IMG/VR virus record: IMGVR_UViG_3300020048_000013
From: an uncultured virus (IMG/VR IMGVR_UViG_3300020048_000013)
Taxonomy: Duplodnaviria > Heunggongvirae > Uroviricota > Caudoviricetes
Strand: one strand, 5' to 3'
Length of the DNA: 64,000 nt
The notes beneath the pieces are model-generated. The model made no database searches and was not told the DNA's origin. It worked only from the letters and a program-made list of their open reading frames with translations. Position 1 is the first letter of the stretch. The number at the start of each line of letters is the position of its first letter. A program made the position numbers and the translations under genes. Shown in pieces: positions 38,726-49,615 of the stretch.

Positions 38726-40940
38726 TAATGTTTATACCCATATCGTAATTGATAATATTAACTATAATATGTTTAATTACTCTATTAGGTTGTAGTCTGA
38801 CATCAAGAACGAATTCGTTAGAATTAATTCTTTCAGCAGTATTATTAGTTTCATCACAGATTAAAAGATAATCATACAATCCGCCAGATTTTTTCAATGC
38901 TTCGAAAAATGCTGTAATTTTGTAAAGAGTAGTGCTTCTAGTACTTTCGTTATTAAATTCAAAATAATTACCTTTCAACACTCTTTTTAAGAATTGTTTA
39001 ATGAATATATTCATTCTTCTGACATTTGCCTCTTTTACTATAAGGTCTAGTTGTGTATTAGTTAAGAATTCAAATAGTATATATGCCTGTGTATCATAAT
39101 CAAAAATTATTTGATTTATTCCGTTTTTAGACAATTCGTCTTGGTCATAAGTTCCAGTGCTTAATAATTTAGAGAAGTTATCATAACCGCCTCTATTATA
39201 TCCTGCCAAAGCACTCTGAGGTCCGTACATCAAATCGTTTCTTGTTAAAAGACCAGCCATATCCCCAGCAACAGGAACCCAACGATATTTATCGTTATAT
39301 TTATCGTAGAAATATTTCATTTGTCCGAATGACATCGTATAAGAGTTAAATTCTGTTAATGCTCCGATAGAAGTATCGTCTCTTTGATTTCCTAAAGAAT
39401 CTATAACAGATTGATTAATTGTTTCTTCGTTTTCTCCAATATATTCTTCGTGATTATATAATGAAACGATAGCAACGCTAAATCCTGTATCATTTGCTAT
39501 AACAGGCATCGAATCGAGATATCCTGATGATCTACCGTTATTAAATCCGATAAGAAGTTCTGGGTTCATCAATCCATTAAGTCCGAAAATTTCGGCAGCT
39601 TCTTCTATTGCAGTAGTTCCTAAAGCTCCAGTCGCATAACTACTCATATCTCTGCCATTCCATGCTGTAGAACCAGTCCAAGGAGCAGAATAATCGACAT
39701 TAGAAACATCGTCTATTGTCATATCTGTTATTGATGAAAGAGTTGTAGAGAAATCGTATTCGTCGTCATTTACTCCTCTATCAAGAGCTTCTGCGATACA
39801 ATATACATATTTACTATTTTTATTGATTACATTTGCTATATATTTTGATAAACCAGCAGTTGTTTTTGCTGTAATATCAAAACTTCCAACAAAAGTTTCT
39901 GCTAATTGCCAATATCCTTGAGTATCTTTTTTAAATATTGCAACACCACATTCATAATTGATGAAATCTGGAGTTGGTTTTATGATATCCTGATAATTTA
40001 CAGGAAGTTTAGTCGAACTGTTATATAATGAACTTCCAAGATATTGAGGAACGACATATTGAACTGTGTTAGATGCTATAACTTTTATTTTAGTTACTGC
40101 GTTATTTACTGGTTGAACAGTTTTTGCTGTAAAAGTTTTAGTTCCAGCTGTTACTGCGTCTAAATTACCAATACAATTATTAACTCCGTCTTCCAAATAA
40201 AATAAAGTATCTGCTGTTACCGCAATAGTTGTATTTACCCAAACAGCAGTAGCGGCATTTTTATTTAAATACCAAATTGTTCCTGATGCTGCTGATATTA
40301 TAGAAAATCCGTGTCCAATTGATCCGCCATAAGCAGAACATGTAACTGGACCATAATTTTCTGCTTGTACTAATGTGGGAACACTTGCACTAACTGTTGC
40401 TGTTACTATATTGCTATTAATATATACGGCAGTTTCAGTAAATATAGGAGAAGCATAATCTCCTTCTTTTGAGCATACTGTTACTGCGATATCATCTTTA
40501 TTAGATATTGTTTTAGCAAAAAATTCTATTTTATCTCCGCCTGTTACTGTTTCGGTATCAAGCAATGCTTCAGCTTTGTCTGGATTATACATATTAGCTT
40601 TTGTTCGAGCGTTAATTGTAACATCATCTTCTGATGGATCATATTCTACACCAACACCAGCATTAGTCCAAGCAGTATTTACGGGTCTAATTACATAAAG
40701 CTCGTTTGCGTATTTTAAATATCCAGCAGCATCAAACCAAGCTTTATAGTTGTATTCTGTAGGATATCCAAAAGTATCTACTAATTGATTTTCTGATTTT
40801 ATATTTATTGGTATATTTCCGTATCCGCTATTTGCAGTTAATATCATACCAGTTCTTGTAGTACCAAATGCTTCTCTTTTAGGTAATCTTACTTCTGATT
40901 CCGTAAAAGTCATACTTGGTGCATAATGTTTATTTGCCAT
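38712..40940 (-). CDS. Tail sheath protein (gp18-like), paralogue 3, probably the major one
   Basis: HYAPSMTFTE N-terminus, RWVPVAGDMAGL, AGYNRG, NVRR, CDETNNT. Confidence 0.95.
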   Translation of the reverse strand: MANKHYAPSMTFTESEVRLPKREAFGTTRTGMILTANSGYGNIPINIKSENQLVDTFGYPTEYNYKAWFDAAGYLKYANELYVIRPVNTAWTNAGVGVEYDPSEDDVTINARTKANMYNPDKAEALLDTETVTGGDKIEFFAKTISNKDDIAVTVCSKEGDYASPIFTETAVYINSNIVTATVSASVPTLVQAENYGPVTCSAYGGSIGHGFSIISAASGTIWYLNKNAATAVWVNTTIAVTADTLFYLEDGVNNCIGNLDAVTAGTKTFTAKTVQPVNNAVTKIKVIASNTVQYVVPQYLGSSLYNSSTKLPVNYQDIIKPTPDFINYECGVAIFKKDTQGYWQLAETFVGSFDITAKTTAGLSKYIANVINKNSKYVYCIAEALDRGVNDDEYDFSTTLSSITDMTIDDVSNVDYSAPWTGSTAWNGRDMSSYATGALGTTAIEEAAEIFGLNGLMNPELLIGFNNGRSSGYLDSMPVIANDTGFSVAIVSLYNHEEYIGENEETINQSVIDSLGNQRDDTSIGALTEFNSYTMSFGQMKYFYDKYNDKYRWVPVAGDMAGLLTRNDLMYGPQSALAGYNRGGYDNFSKLLSTGTYDQDELSKNGINQIIFDYDTQAYILFEFLTNTQLDLIVKEANVRRMNIFIKQFLKRVLKGNYFEFNNESTRSTTLYKITAFFEALKKSGGLYDYLLICDETNNTAERINSNEFVLDVRLQPNRVIKHIIVNIINYDMGINISEIE

Positions 40941-40978
40941 ATTTTAACTCCTAGTTAAAGTTTATTATTTATTTTAAA

Positions 40979-41215
40979 TTAATCTATTCCGTTGTCATTG
41001 TGCATTGCACGTTGCCATTCTCTACCGCTTTCTTCTCCGTATTCTTTACCTTCTTCAAATCCAATATCATAACCGTTTTTGTAACCTTGTTTTAAACCCT
41101 CAGAATATCCTCTTTGATATTCATCTTCGTGTTCAATATTGTCAATTGAGTGACGATTACCGAATCCTTCTCCGAAAATTAAATCTCCATATGTTTCATT
41201 TATATTTTTAATCAT
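40979..41215 (-). CDS. Small protein with putative head-targeting N-terminus
   Basis: MIKNINETYGDLIFGE; GxxxG repeats. Confidence 0.6.
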   Translation of the reverse strand: MIKNINETYGDLIFGEGFGNRHSIDNIEHEDEYQRGYSEGLKQGYKNGYDIGFEEGKEYGEESGREWQRAMHNDNGID

Positions 41216-41217
41216 AA

Positions 41218-41430
41218 TTAATTACCTTTTTTAATTTTATGAGCATATTTATGTTCAATTTTTCGTTCAATAGATCCATCCATATAATATACATATCTAT
41301 CATCCACTCTAACAGCATTAACAAAATATCTATTTCTATCTCCGCCAATATACCAAAATCTATCACCTTTGTTTATATCTGTATATTCTTCATTTAATAT
41401 TATTTCTTTATAATCTTCGAATATGTTCAT
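41218..41430 (-). CDS. Small SH3-like protein with putative head-targeting N-terminus
   Basis: MNIFEDYKEIILNEE; KGDRF. Confidence 0.6.
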   Translation of the reverse strand: MNIFEDYKEIILNEEYTDINKGDRFWYIGGDRNRYFVNAVRVDDRYVYYMDGSIERKIEHKYAHKIKKGN

Positions 41431-41450
41431 CGTTTATCTTTTCTTATTAT

Positions 41451-42902
41451 TTATAATTTCATAGTGATGGAATGTATCCATTTTACATTTTTTAATTTTT
41501 CTTTTTCATTATTATCAGCCCAAACTGTAAAAAACGTATTATCTTTCTTTTTATAAGTATCGTAATTAATATTCATTGTGGATAACACAGAATCAATTTG
41601 TTTTATTGCTTTGTAATCATTCGATTTAATAATAAATTCTGTTGGTATGTCGTGCTCGTCGTTTATATCTTCTTTTATAGGTGCTGTATCTTTTAATTGA
41701 GAATTTAAATAATCTTTTCTTATCCAAAAATAAACAATAGTCGACCAATCTTCCATTTTTTGCACATATTCAGATCGTTCTACCATGAACATATATTTGT
41801 TTTTTTCCAATTTTTCTGATAATTTTTTTCTAAATTGTTTTTGGAAAGAATATAAAGAATATATACTCAACTCGTCTCCCAACAAAAACATTGCCATATT
41901 TTTGCTTTCTTTATTTTTATAATAAGGACCAGTTATTTTAAAATTTTTTAAATATTCGCCTTTATAACCATCAACCAAATCTTCTATAGTCTTTTTAACT
42001 ATTACTAAATCTTCAGAAAATTTATTATAAATATCATTCTTTTTTGATTTTTTCGTAACTACAACGTGTTGATTGAAAGGATCGAATATGGCATCTATAT
42101 TTTTGAAATTTTTAAATTTTGATAATATAACATGACTTATTTTTAATAAATCCATTCCGAATCTCTTTATTATCGAAGTCGGAATTATTACTTGTTCCAA
42201 TTTATTCGTCTCTATATTATCAACAGCATTCATTACTATCTTATTAATATTCGCATCATTTTCATTATCTCTATTATCGTATATTTCTATATTTTTATTA
42301 ACATTATATAATACTTTTATTCGTTTATCAGCAACCAATTCTTTATATAATTGATATAGACTCATTCCGTTACTGAGTGCAACTTCCATTTTAACAAATC
42401 CAATTGTGCGGTCTTTGCTTTTACTATCATCGATATCTTTTAATTTTTTGTTGATGACTCCTTTAAGTCTTTCGACCCACTCAGCAGGACTATCTCTTTT
42501 TACAACATCGACTGATTTTTTTTCAACAGCATCTTTTTTTATACGTTTAACATCTTCTTCTTTATATACATAAGCTTCGTGTTGGATGCCGTCAAATATT
42601 ATAGTCAAATATTCTTTTGTTACGTTAATAATTTCTCCTATACGTCCTATAAATTTAGATCCCATGGCAAAAGATGATGAAACTATTAAAACTCTATCAC
42701 CAATTTTAAATTTTTTTAATTTGGTTATATAAAGATATCCTTCTGTCATCGTCTTTACACTATAATATTTTTGTAATTTCTGAACAAAATCATTAACATT
42801 TATTTTTTGTTGCTCTATTATATTAATAGGAACGTAAGTAAAAGAGGCACTTTTAAATTCGCCCTCTATAAATTTTATAATTTCTTTTAAAACTTCTTCC
42901 AT
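41451..42902 (-). CDS. Multi-domain hypothetical protein with a KOW/SH3-like module
   Basis: FKIGDRVLI...GRIGEI; TATAAATA at 42919-42926. Confidence 0.6.
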   Translation of the reverse strand: MEEVLKEIIKFIEGEFKSASFTYVPINIIEQQKINVNDFVQKLQKYYSVKTMTEGYLYITKLKKFKIGDRVLIVSSSFAMGSKFIGRIGEIINVTKEYLTIIFDGIQHEAYVYKEEDVKRIKKDAVEKKSVDVVKRDSPAEWVERLKGVINKKLKDIDDSKSKDRTIGFVKMEVALSNGMSLYQLYKELVADKRIKVLYNVNKNIEIYDNRDNENDANINKIVMNAVDNIETNKLEQVIIPTSIIKRFGMDLLKISHVILSKFKNFKNIDAIFDPFNQHVVVTKKSKKNDIYNKFSEDLVIVKKTIEDLVDGYKGEYLKNFKITGPYYKNKESKNMAMFLLGDELSIYSLYSFQKQFRKKLSEKLEKNKYMFMVERSEYVQKMEDWSTIVYFWIRKDYLNSQLKDTAPIKEDINDEHDIPTEFIIKSNDYKAIKQIDSVLSTMNINYDTYKKKDNTFFTVWADNNEKEKLKNVKWIHSITMKL

Positions 42903-42921
42903 AAAAAACCTTTATTGTTAT

Positions 42922-45258
42922 TTATAATTCCACTTCGTTAAATCCAATCGTTTGTTTCTCTATATTAATTTCTATGATAATCTGTCTTATTACTTGATTT
43001 GGTTGTAATAAAACTTGTATATGTAGTTCGTTATTGTTTATAACTTCTGGAGGATTGTTTGTGCTGTCACATAATACTACACCATTATTTATGGCATTTG
43101 CTGACATCAATTCCATTAATATATAATTTACTTCATTAGATATAGTTTTTCTTAAATAAGAAGTATTATATTCAAAAATATATGGTTTTAATAAAACTTT
43201 TAATCTTTGTTTAAATTCATTAATAGTTCTTCTTATATTTAATCTTTTTGTTAAAAGTTCTTCGTCGTTATACATTAATATATCATATAAGTAATATTGT
43301 TCATCTGTATAATTTTTTATCACATGATTTATGCTATGATAACATAATAAATCAAGGTTGTCGTCACTTACATTTGTATATATCATTTTTGTGTTATTTT
43401 TTATCGGAGTTGTCTTGAATCCTGCGCATGATGTATATGGATTTTTTGTAATATCTTCCAAAACATAAATACCAGCAATATCTCCAATTATAGGAATCCA
43501 TATAAATTTTTCTAAAAATTCAGAATAACAATATTTCATATTATCATATACTATCGTATAAGTTCCAGTTATTGTTATATATTGAGGATAATTTTTTAAT
43601 CCGAATTGACTTAAAATAACAGTGGTCATATCAGAATATCCGTCCAAATAATCAGTTTCGTCCCATGGAGATATTATTGCTATACAATCAGACCTTTCTT
43701 CAGATATACTGGGACTCAAGTTCATTGTATATGAAATTCCATCATATAATTCTATACCTAATATATATTTTATGGATATATTATTTGTATTTCTATAAAA
43801 ATTTGTTGCCGTTTCAAATGTAGTATAATCGATTAAATTCGTATAATCTGTCGTTATGCTATCATATGTCAACAAACAATCAAGTATTGAATAGTTTGTC
43901 ATCACAATGTCTTTTGCTGTTTCTAACGCTGTTAAATTTCTTTTAAAATAAATATATTTTGAATTTTGATTTATAATATCTTCACAATAATTTCTTTTAT
44001 ATAAAGCATTTAAAGTACTGTCTTTTGAAAAAGATGTTTCAAATACTTCTAAAAGAGAAAACAATCCGTTTATTTTTTTGAATACTAATAATATGAAATT
44101 TTTAGAAAAATCTACATACTTATTTACTATTTTCGAAAATGTTTTTATTGTAGTTCCAGATTGTATTTTGGCATCATATACAACTCTCGTGCATGTTTCA
44201 TATAATAATGTTTCATGATTTCCTGATATTATATGTTTATACTGAACATCATCATATGTTATATATCCGCTGCCACCAGTAGTTACTATTATCGTTTTTT
44301 CTTCGGATTTCAAATATCCTGCTGTTACCGATGATGACGACCAACAAACAGAATTATCATAAAACAGGACCGTTCCCGTATTATCATATAAAGACAAATC
44401 TTCTGTCAATGTAATAACTACATCATCTCCGACAGTAGCAATTGATGATATAGAAACGGATGTATTATTTAAATCTTTTCTTTTCGTATTTCTAAAATAT
44501 AATTCGCTATAATTTTCGTATTCAGAAGGATCAATTTCCGATGGATCGTTTGCTATTGTTATTACTGTATAATTATTTACTCTGGAAACAGTAAATTCTT
44601 TTTCTATTAATGTATCCAATAAGTTAACCGAATAATTTCCGCTATTATTTAAAATGAATTGTTGATATAAATACATATCTGATGTTAAGTTTTCTGGAAG
44701 AGCTGTTACTATTTTTGTAAAAACAGGAACATCGTTTTCAGTAGTTATAACACTTTCATATTCGTCTTGTGAAGTACACATAACGACAGCAATATCGTCT
44801 GATTGAGTTATATCACGATTTATAATAGAACAAAAATAATCTTCATCCATTGATATAGAACCCAATGTATTCAAAGCGATATCTTCCGTATACATATTTG
44901 CTTGTTGTATTTGAGTTTTTAGAACTTCTTCTACATCAGAAGGATCGGAAGGATCGTCTATATGTTTGCCTAATTGTAAACCAAAATTAGTCCATGAAGT
45001 ATTGATTACTCTCATTACATTTATATTAGTAACATATCTCAAATATTCATAAATGTTATACCAAGCTTTGTAGTTATATTCTGTAGGATATCCGAATTTA
45101 TTGATAAAATCTACTTGATCGGTTACTACAATATTTTTATTTCCAGGACCCTTCTCTGCAGACAAAAATGCGACTGTATTTGATGTCGGATTAACTTGAG
45201 TAGATGATGAAATTAAATTTTCATATATATTGATGCTTGGTCTTTTTTGTAGTGCCAT
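42922..45258 (-). CDS. Tail sheath protein (gp18-like), paralogue 4
   Basis: RPSINIYE, KFGYP, WIPIIGDIAG, LNIRR, FEYN, LCDSTNNP, LQPNQVI. Confidence 0.92.
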   Translation of the reverse strand: MALQKRPSINIYENLISSSTQVNPTSNTVAFLSAEKGPGNKNIVVTDQVDFINKFGYPTEYNYKAWYNIYEYLRYVTNINVMRVINTSWTNFGLQLGKHIDDPSDPSDVEEVLKTQIQQANMYTEDIALNTLGSISMDEDYFCSIINRDITQSDDIAVVMCTSQDEYESVITTENDVPVFTKIVTALPENLTSDMYLYQQFILNNSGNYSVNLLDTLIEKEFTVSRVNNYTVITIANDPSEIDPSEYENYSELYFRNTKRKDLNNTSVSISSIATVGDDVVITLTEDLSLYDNTGTVLFYDNSVCWSSSSVTAGYLKSEEKTIIVTTGGSGYITYDDVQYKHIISGNHETLLYETCTRVVYDAKIQSGTTIKTFSKIVNKYVDFSKNFILLVFKKINGLFSLLEVFETSFSKDSTLNALYKRNYCEDIINQNSKYIYFKRNLTALETAKDIVMTNYSILDCLLTYDSITTDYTNLIDYTTFETATNFYRNTNNISIKYILGIELYDGISYTMNLSPSISEERSDCIAIISPWDETDYLDGYSDMTTVILSQFGLKNYPQYITITGTYTIVYDNMKYCYSEFLEKFIWIPIIGDIAGIYVLEDITKNPYTSCAGFKTTPIKNNTKMIYTNVSDDNLDLLCYHSINHVIKNYTDEQYYLYDILMYNDEELLTKRLNIRRTINEFKQRLKVLLKPYIFEYNTSYLRKTISNEVNYILMELMSANAINNGVVLCDSTNNPPEVINNNELHIQVLLQPNQVIRQIIIEINIEKQTIGFNEVEL

Positions 45259-45282
45259 AATATCCTTTTTTATCTAATCTAA

Positions 45283-45576
45283 TTAATTACCCATTTCTTC
45301 CCATCTGCCGTCATATCCATCTGTATCAATCAATTTTACTTTAACATCTTTTGGTTGTATATATATTGGAGCGGTATCTAGCCCTCTATATATACCTAAT
45401 TTTATTTTGGAAAATGCATCTACTCCATCATCGTCTTTGTCTCCATCACGTCTTATAGCAACAGCAATTGTATATATGCTTATTTGATCTCTAATTTCAT
45501 AAAATTCTTCTGATATAGTTTCTTCTTTTTGATTAAGTATTTCTTTATAAGTTTCATTTAATGATTTTTCGGTCAT
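45283..45576 (-). CDS. Small protein with putative head-targeting N-terminus
   Basis: SLNETYKEIL...ISEE; TATAAATA at 45601-45608. Confidence 0.65.
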   Translation of the reverse strand: MTEKSLNETYKEILNQKEETISEEFYEIRDQISIYTIAVAIRRDGDKDDDGVDAFSKIKLGIYRGLDTAPIYIQPKDVKVKLIDTDGYDGRWEEMGN

Positions 45577-45600
45577 TTTATTTTATCCTTTGTTTATTAT

Positions 45601-45608
45601 TATTTATA
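45601..45608 (-). promoter_or_regulatory. T4-type late promoter (representative; also 1750, 18139, 20095, 31961, 37756, 41448, 42919, 57540)
   Basis: TATAAATA recurs shortly upstream of gene starts, usually followed by ATAA. Confidence 0.75.
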
Positions 45609-45612
45609 AAAT

Positions 45613-47925
45613 TTAAAACGGAGTAAATCCTGATCTGAGTTCCCTTTCCTGTATATCTTCTTCCATCATATCAAAAATATCAAAATCTTTCTTTTCTTTT
45701 TTATCTTCCACTATATTCATATTTTTCATTATTCTTTCTAGAACATAATCATTATCATCTCTCAATAAAATATCCAATATATCCTGTTCATTTATAATGC
45801 TCGCAATTTCTTTTTCTACTCCGAAATTTTTATTGATAATTTTCTGAAAAATTTCATGATGATTTTTAATATCATTATGTTCTCCGAGAATATTTTGAAG
45901 CATTATGTCGTTTGATATCGTCAAGAAAAATAACGATGCAATAATAGCCATAACTTTATCGTCTGGTTCTTTGTCTGCTCCAGCATAGCTCTTTCCTTTC
46001 TTTACAAAATTTCCGAGCTGACCGACAGTATCAATATCATAAATCAATAAATTTAAATTATTCGCAATAAGTTTTAAGTTGGCACATCCCAATCTTTTTG
46101 TTTTCATGGTTGTTCTGAATCCAGCAAGCACACTATTTTCCCAATATATATTTTCATATCCCAAATCTTCTAAAGTTCTGTTAGTTTCTCTGCCAGCACC
46201 TTCATTGTTTTCCATAAATATCCAAGCATTATTATAGAATTTTCCAAGTTCGTTTAATATATAAGGAAATTCTCGATATGACATTCCAAATCTTGCCTCA
46301 AATAAACCTACTTGTTTTATAGGAAAAGAAGTCACATCCAATATTTGAAAACTTGTTTCATCACCATCACCAGTTTCTACATTAGTACTTGTATCACATC
46401 CTATTATATATTGATGATTTTTTTCAGGTAAAAAGAACAATCTAATATTTGGTTTATAATCTTTTAATTTTTCTAATCTCGTATTTAGTAAATAATCTAT
46501 ATCGAGAGGTTGTTTATAAATTGTGCTATAATATCTTATAGTATCAGTGCTTAATAAAGATCCGCCCCTACTTTCAAAACTACAGTTATATTCTCGTTCG
46601 AATCTTTGTTCTGCTGGTTCTCCAGTTTCTTTATCGTCACCCAACAATCTGATTGCTAATTTTTTCCATTCTTCATCTCTACCAGGAACCATAGTCCAAG
46701 GAACGAAATAAGGAACATAATCATTTTTCATCGGATGATCTTTATCTAAGTTTGCCTTCCACCAATAATCATAGAAGTGATTTTTTCCGTTTGGAGTACT
46801 TACTAATATTAATTTTGATTCTTTTGATACTGTAATAATAGGTAATGATGATTGAGAAAATTCTCCCCATCCTTTAATAAATGCTGCCTCGTCTATTAAT
46901 AGTATATTGCCAGAAGCACCCCTAGCATTAGATTTTACCTGAATGATTGTTCCATTATCGAATTCTATCGTCGATTTATTCCACTCGACAATGCCCAATT
47001 GAAGTCCATATGGAAGATTTTCAATAGCAATTTTAATTTTTTCCAACACTGCTCTTGCTTCGTCTTTATCTCTACTTACTATAACAACTTTTTTATCTCT
47101 ATTGAATAATGCATACCACACACAAAAAATAGAAACTACTGTGCTGTTATGACTTAATAATCCGTTGGTAAAATATCTTTTTCCATTCTCGACATCAAGC
47201 AAATCATACATTGGTTTCTTTCCACTCAATTTAGTAACAGATAATACTTTATCAGTTCCTTTTTTCGTTATTAATAAATCGCCTTCTTTTATATTTTTAG
47301 CATATTTTACTTTATTTGTTGTTCCATCAAATAGCAAATGATCGTCCGCACATATTAATTTATGATTAACTGTTCTTATTTCATATTTTTCATATGGAAC
47401 AGTTCTTCCAATTCCTCTAAATTTTTGCCAACCAGTATTTGTAAACACTTCGAAATCATCATTTTGTACTATATCTGTAAATTTATCATCGTTTATTGGC
47501 AAATGATGACTGTTTATATTATCAGTTATTCTATCGTAAAATCTTCCAATTTTTATATTCTGTTCTTCTTTACTATACTTATTTCGTATAATAACATGAG
47601 TATTATAATCTACACATTTTCCAGACTGTCTTGACTGCAATATAATATTAAATCTGTTTTTCTGAATTCCTGATAAAATTTCCACTTGATATGGATAAAG
47701 ATCTATTCTTTTCCTTCCTAAATCAGGATGAATATGCCAAAAATAATTATTAGCAAAATATAAAACATCCTGTTCGCATTTTATATATTCTGTTAACATT
47801 TCTTCAGTATAATTTATTTTTACTTTTGCTGCTTTTACATGGGGAATATTTAAATAATTTTTTATTTTCTTTCCATAAGCATCGAGAACCACATCGAGAA
47901 TACTATTTCTTTCATCGTTCATCAA
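45613..47925 (-). CDS. terL: Terminase large subunit (gp17-like) containing an intein
   Basis: LYPYQ, SRQSGK|ST Walker A, LLIDEAAF Walker B, VSTPNG, IGCD, DDKVMA. Confidence 0.96.
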   Translation of the reverse strand: MMNDERNSILDVVLDAYGKKIKNYLNIPHVKAAKVKINYTEEMLTEYIKCEQDVLYFANNYFWHIHPDLGRKRIDLYPYQVEILSGIQKNRFNIILQSRQSGKCVDYNTHVIIRNKYSKEEQNIKIGRFYDRITDNINSHHLPINDDKFTDIVQNDDFEVFTNTGWQKFRGIGRTVPYEKYEIRTVNHKLICADDHLLFDGTTNKVKYAKNIKEGDLLITKKGTDKVLSVTKLSGKKPMYDLLDVENGKRYFTNGLLSHNSTVVSIFCVWYALFNRDKKVVIVSRDKDEARAVLEKIKIAIENLPYGLQLGIVEWNKSTIEFDNGTIIQVKSNARGASGNILLIDEAAFIKGWGEFSQSSLPIITVSKESKLILVSTPNGKNHFYDYWWKANLDKDHPMKNDYVPYFVPWTMVPGRDEEWKKLAIRLLGDDKETGEPAEQRFEREYNCSFESRGGSLLSTDTIRYYSTIYKQPLDIDYLLNTRLEKLKDYKPNIRLFFLPEKNHQYIIGCDTSTNVETGDGDETSFQILDVTSFPIKQVGLFEARFGMSYREFPYILNELGKFYNNAWIFMENNEGAGRETNRTLEDLGYENIYWENSVLAGFRTTMKTKRLGCANLKLIANNLNLLIYDIDTVGQLGNFVKKGKSYAGADKEPDDKVMAIIASLFFLTISNDIMLQNILGEHNDIKNHHEIFQKIINKNFGVEKEIASIINEQDILDILLRDDNDYVLERIMKNMNIVEDKKEKKDFDIFDMMEEDIQERELRSGFTPF
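47146..47616 (-). mobile_element. 157-aa mini-intein in the terminase Walker A motif
   Basis: GK|CVDYNT...CADDH...MYDL...TNGLLSHN|S; too short for a homing endonuclease domain. Confidence 0.93.
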
Positions 47926-48496
47926 TAACCTCTACTTGTTCTATTGTATTTTTCGCCCTTTTCATTATTTCTGAAAGTTCTCTTGTATCTCCGCTGAAAA
48001 TAAAAGTGTTGGTCTGTTGTCCTATATTTGGTGGTTCTTTTTTGAAATCTTTATTATTTTTAGAAGTCCATTGATCATTCATTTCTTTCCAAAATTTTAA
48101 ATTATTATTCAATGATTTGTATAATGAACAAACACTATCAAGCAGTGCTGGTTTTGCTGTACCGTTTTCTATCGGAATATTTTTCAACAGTTCCATTATT
48201 GATTGATTAGTGGCTCTTATTATGTCTCTTATTTCTATATAATCATTAAACATATCTTCAATAGAAAAAGGAGATTTTGTTTCCCCGATATCAGTTCTTT
48301 CATATAACACTGGAGAAGTCGCATTTTTATCATTTTCTTTTACTTTAGCTAATTGAAATTGTAAATCAGTAATGTCTGATTTAAAATTTACATCGTTCAT
48401 TATTTCCTGGACATCATTATTAAGATTAATAATACTATTAATTTCTTTCATATTATCTTCTGTCTTTGGAAAAGTTATTGGTTTTATTTTACTCAC
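47912..48496 (-). CDS. Probable terminase small subunit
   Basis: Directly upstream of and overlapping terL; helical; C-terminal TNTFIFSGDTREL. Confidence 0.65.
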   Translation of the reverse strand: MSKIKPITFPKTEDNMKEINSIINLNNDVQEIMNDVNFKSDITDLQFQLAKVKENDKNATSPVLYERTDIGETKSPFSIEDMFNDYIEIRDIIRATNQSIMELLKNIPIENGTAKPALLDSVCSLYKSLNNNLKFWKEMNDQWTSKNNKDFKKEPPNIGQQTNTFIFSGDTRELSEIMKRAKNTIEQVEVIDER

Positions 48497-48522
48497 ATAT
48501 TCCTCTCTTTTTTATTGAATAA

Positions 48523-48867
48523 TTAATGATCCTTCCAGCTAATCGAAAAAATGGTCTTTGATCCAACATAATCAATATCACATCGTTGAACAACTACATC
48601 CATTTTATATATTTTTTTGTATCTCATAGCAACTTTTTTAGCATATTCATCAGTCCAAATATTATCTTCGTCTATAACTACATTTTCTTTGCTGATGAGA
48701 TGATCGAGATGTCTGTTATAGTGATAACTTTTATCAGACTTTATATTAAAATCATTTGTTATCATTTTTATTAAGTCATTATTGTCGGTCCATATATTAA
48801 TATAGTAAAAATAAAGTTCTATATCATCTTCTAATAATGTATTATATGTTTCTATTAAATTATTCAT
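48523..48867 (-). CDS. NIWTDEY-family paralogue
   Basis: MNNLIETY, ITND, IDEDNIWTDEYA. Confidence 0.75.
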   Translation of the reverse strand: MNNLIETYNTLLEDDIELYFYYINIWTDNNDLIKMITNDFNIKSDKSYHYNRHLDHLISKENVVIDEDNIWTDEYAKKVAMRYKKIYKMDVVVQRCDIDYVGSKTIFSISWKDH

Positions 48868-49211
48868 TTTATATCTTCGTTATATACTACTCCATCATTA
48901 TAATAATTATAACTCATACTATCTTTCATGCTCGCCACATCCTTAAAAAATACATATGTTATACTTACTCTTTCGGAATTATATTTTGTCTTTAATCTTT
49001 GAGCAACTTTTCTAGTATATTCATCAGTCCAAATATTATCTTCGTCTATATTTTGGATTTGTTTTATATTTCTATTATGTTTATTATAATATATATTATT
49101 TGTTATCGAATATACTTCGGTTCGTGTGTCATCATATACTCTGAGAATATAACATTTTATTCTTTCGTCTGCTTCAAGTATTGTCTGATATGTTTCTATT
49201 AAATTTTTCAT
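48864..49211 (-). CDS. NIWTDEY-family paralogue
   Basis: MKNLIETY, IDEDNIWTDEYT. Confidence 0.75.
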   Translation of the reverse strand: MKNLIETYQTILEADERIKCYILRVYDDTRTEVYSITNNIYYNKHNRNIKQIQNIDEDNIWTDEYTRKVAQRLKTKYNSERVSITYVFFKDVASMKDSMSYNYYNDGVVYNEDIK

Positions 49212-49588
49212 TTTTTATTTTTCGAACCAAACTCATATAATATAGTGCCATTATTATTATTTATAAACATTATATGACAATTAACATATGAGCTCAAATC
49301 TTCCATGCCACTGTCTAATATATCAATATGAATTATTTCATTTGTTTTATTGTGTATAAAACTTTCGTAATTATACCAGTTTCTTTCTGATGGATGATGT
49401 TCTTTTGTTTCTAATGTCAATAGTTCACTTCTGACATCGAGAACTTTTTCTTTGAAATAAACAACATCATTCAATAATTCTCTTCTTATTTCGAATTTTG
49501 ATATGCTCGGCTCTACTTTTGAGTAAAGCATTGTTCCTGTTGTCGGTTCTAGTATTTCTGTTATGATTTGGTAGGTGTTGAATTCCAT
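49208..49588 (-). CDS. Hypothetical protein interrupting the paralogue run
   Basis: 126 aa, SD AAGGA. Confidence 0.6.
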   Translation of the reverse strand: MEFNTYQIITEILEPTTGTMLYSKVEPSISKFEIRRELLNDVVYFKEKVLDVRSELLTLETKEHHPSERNWYNYESFIHNKTNEIIHIDILDSGMEDLSSYVNCHIMFINNNNGTILYEFGSKNKK

Positions 49589-49615
49589 ATTATTTCCTTT
49601 TTGTTTTTATTAAAA

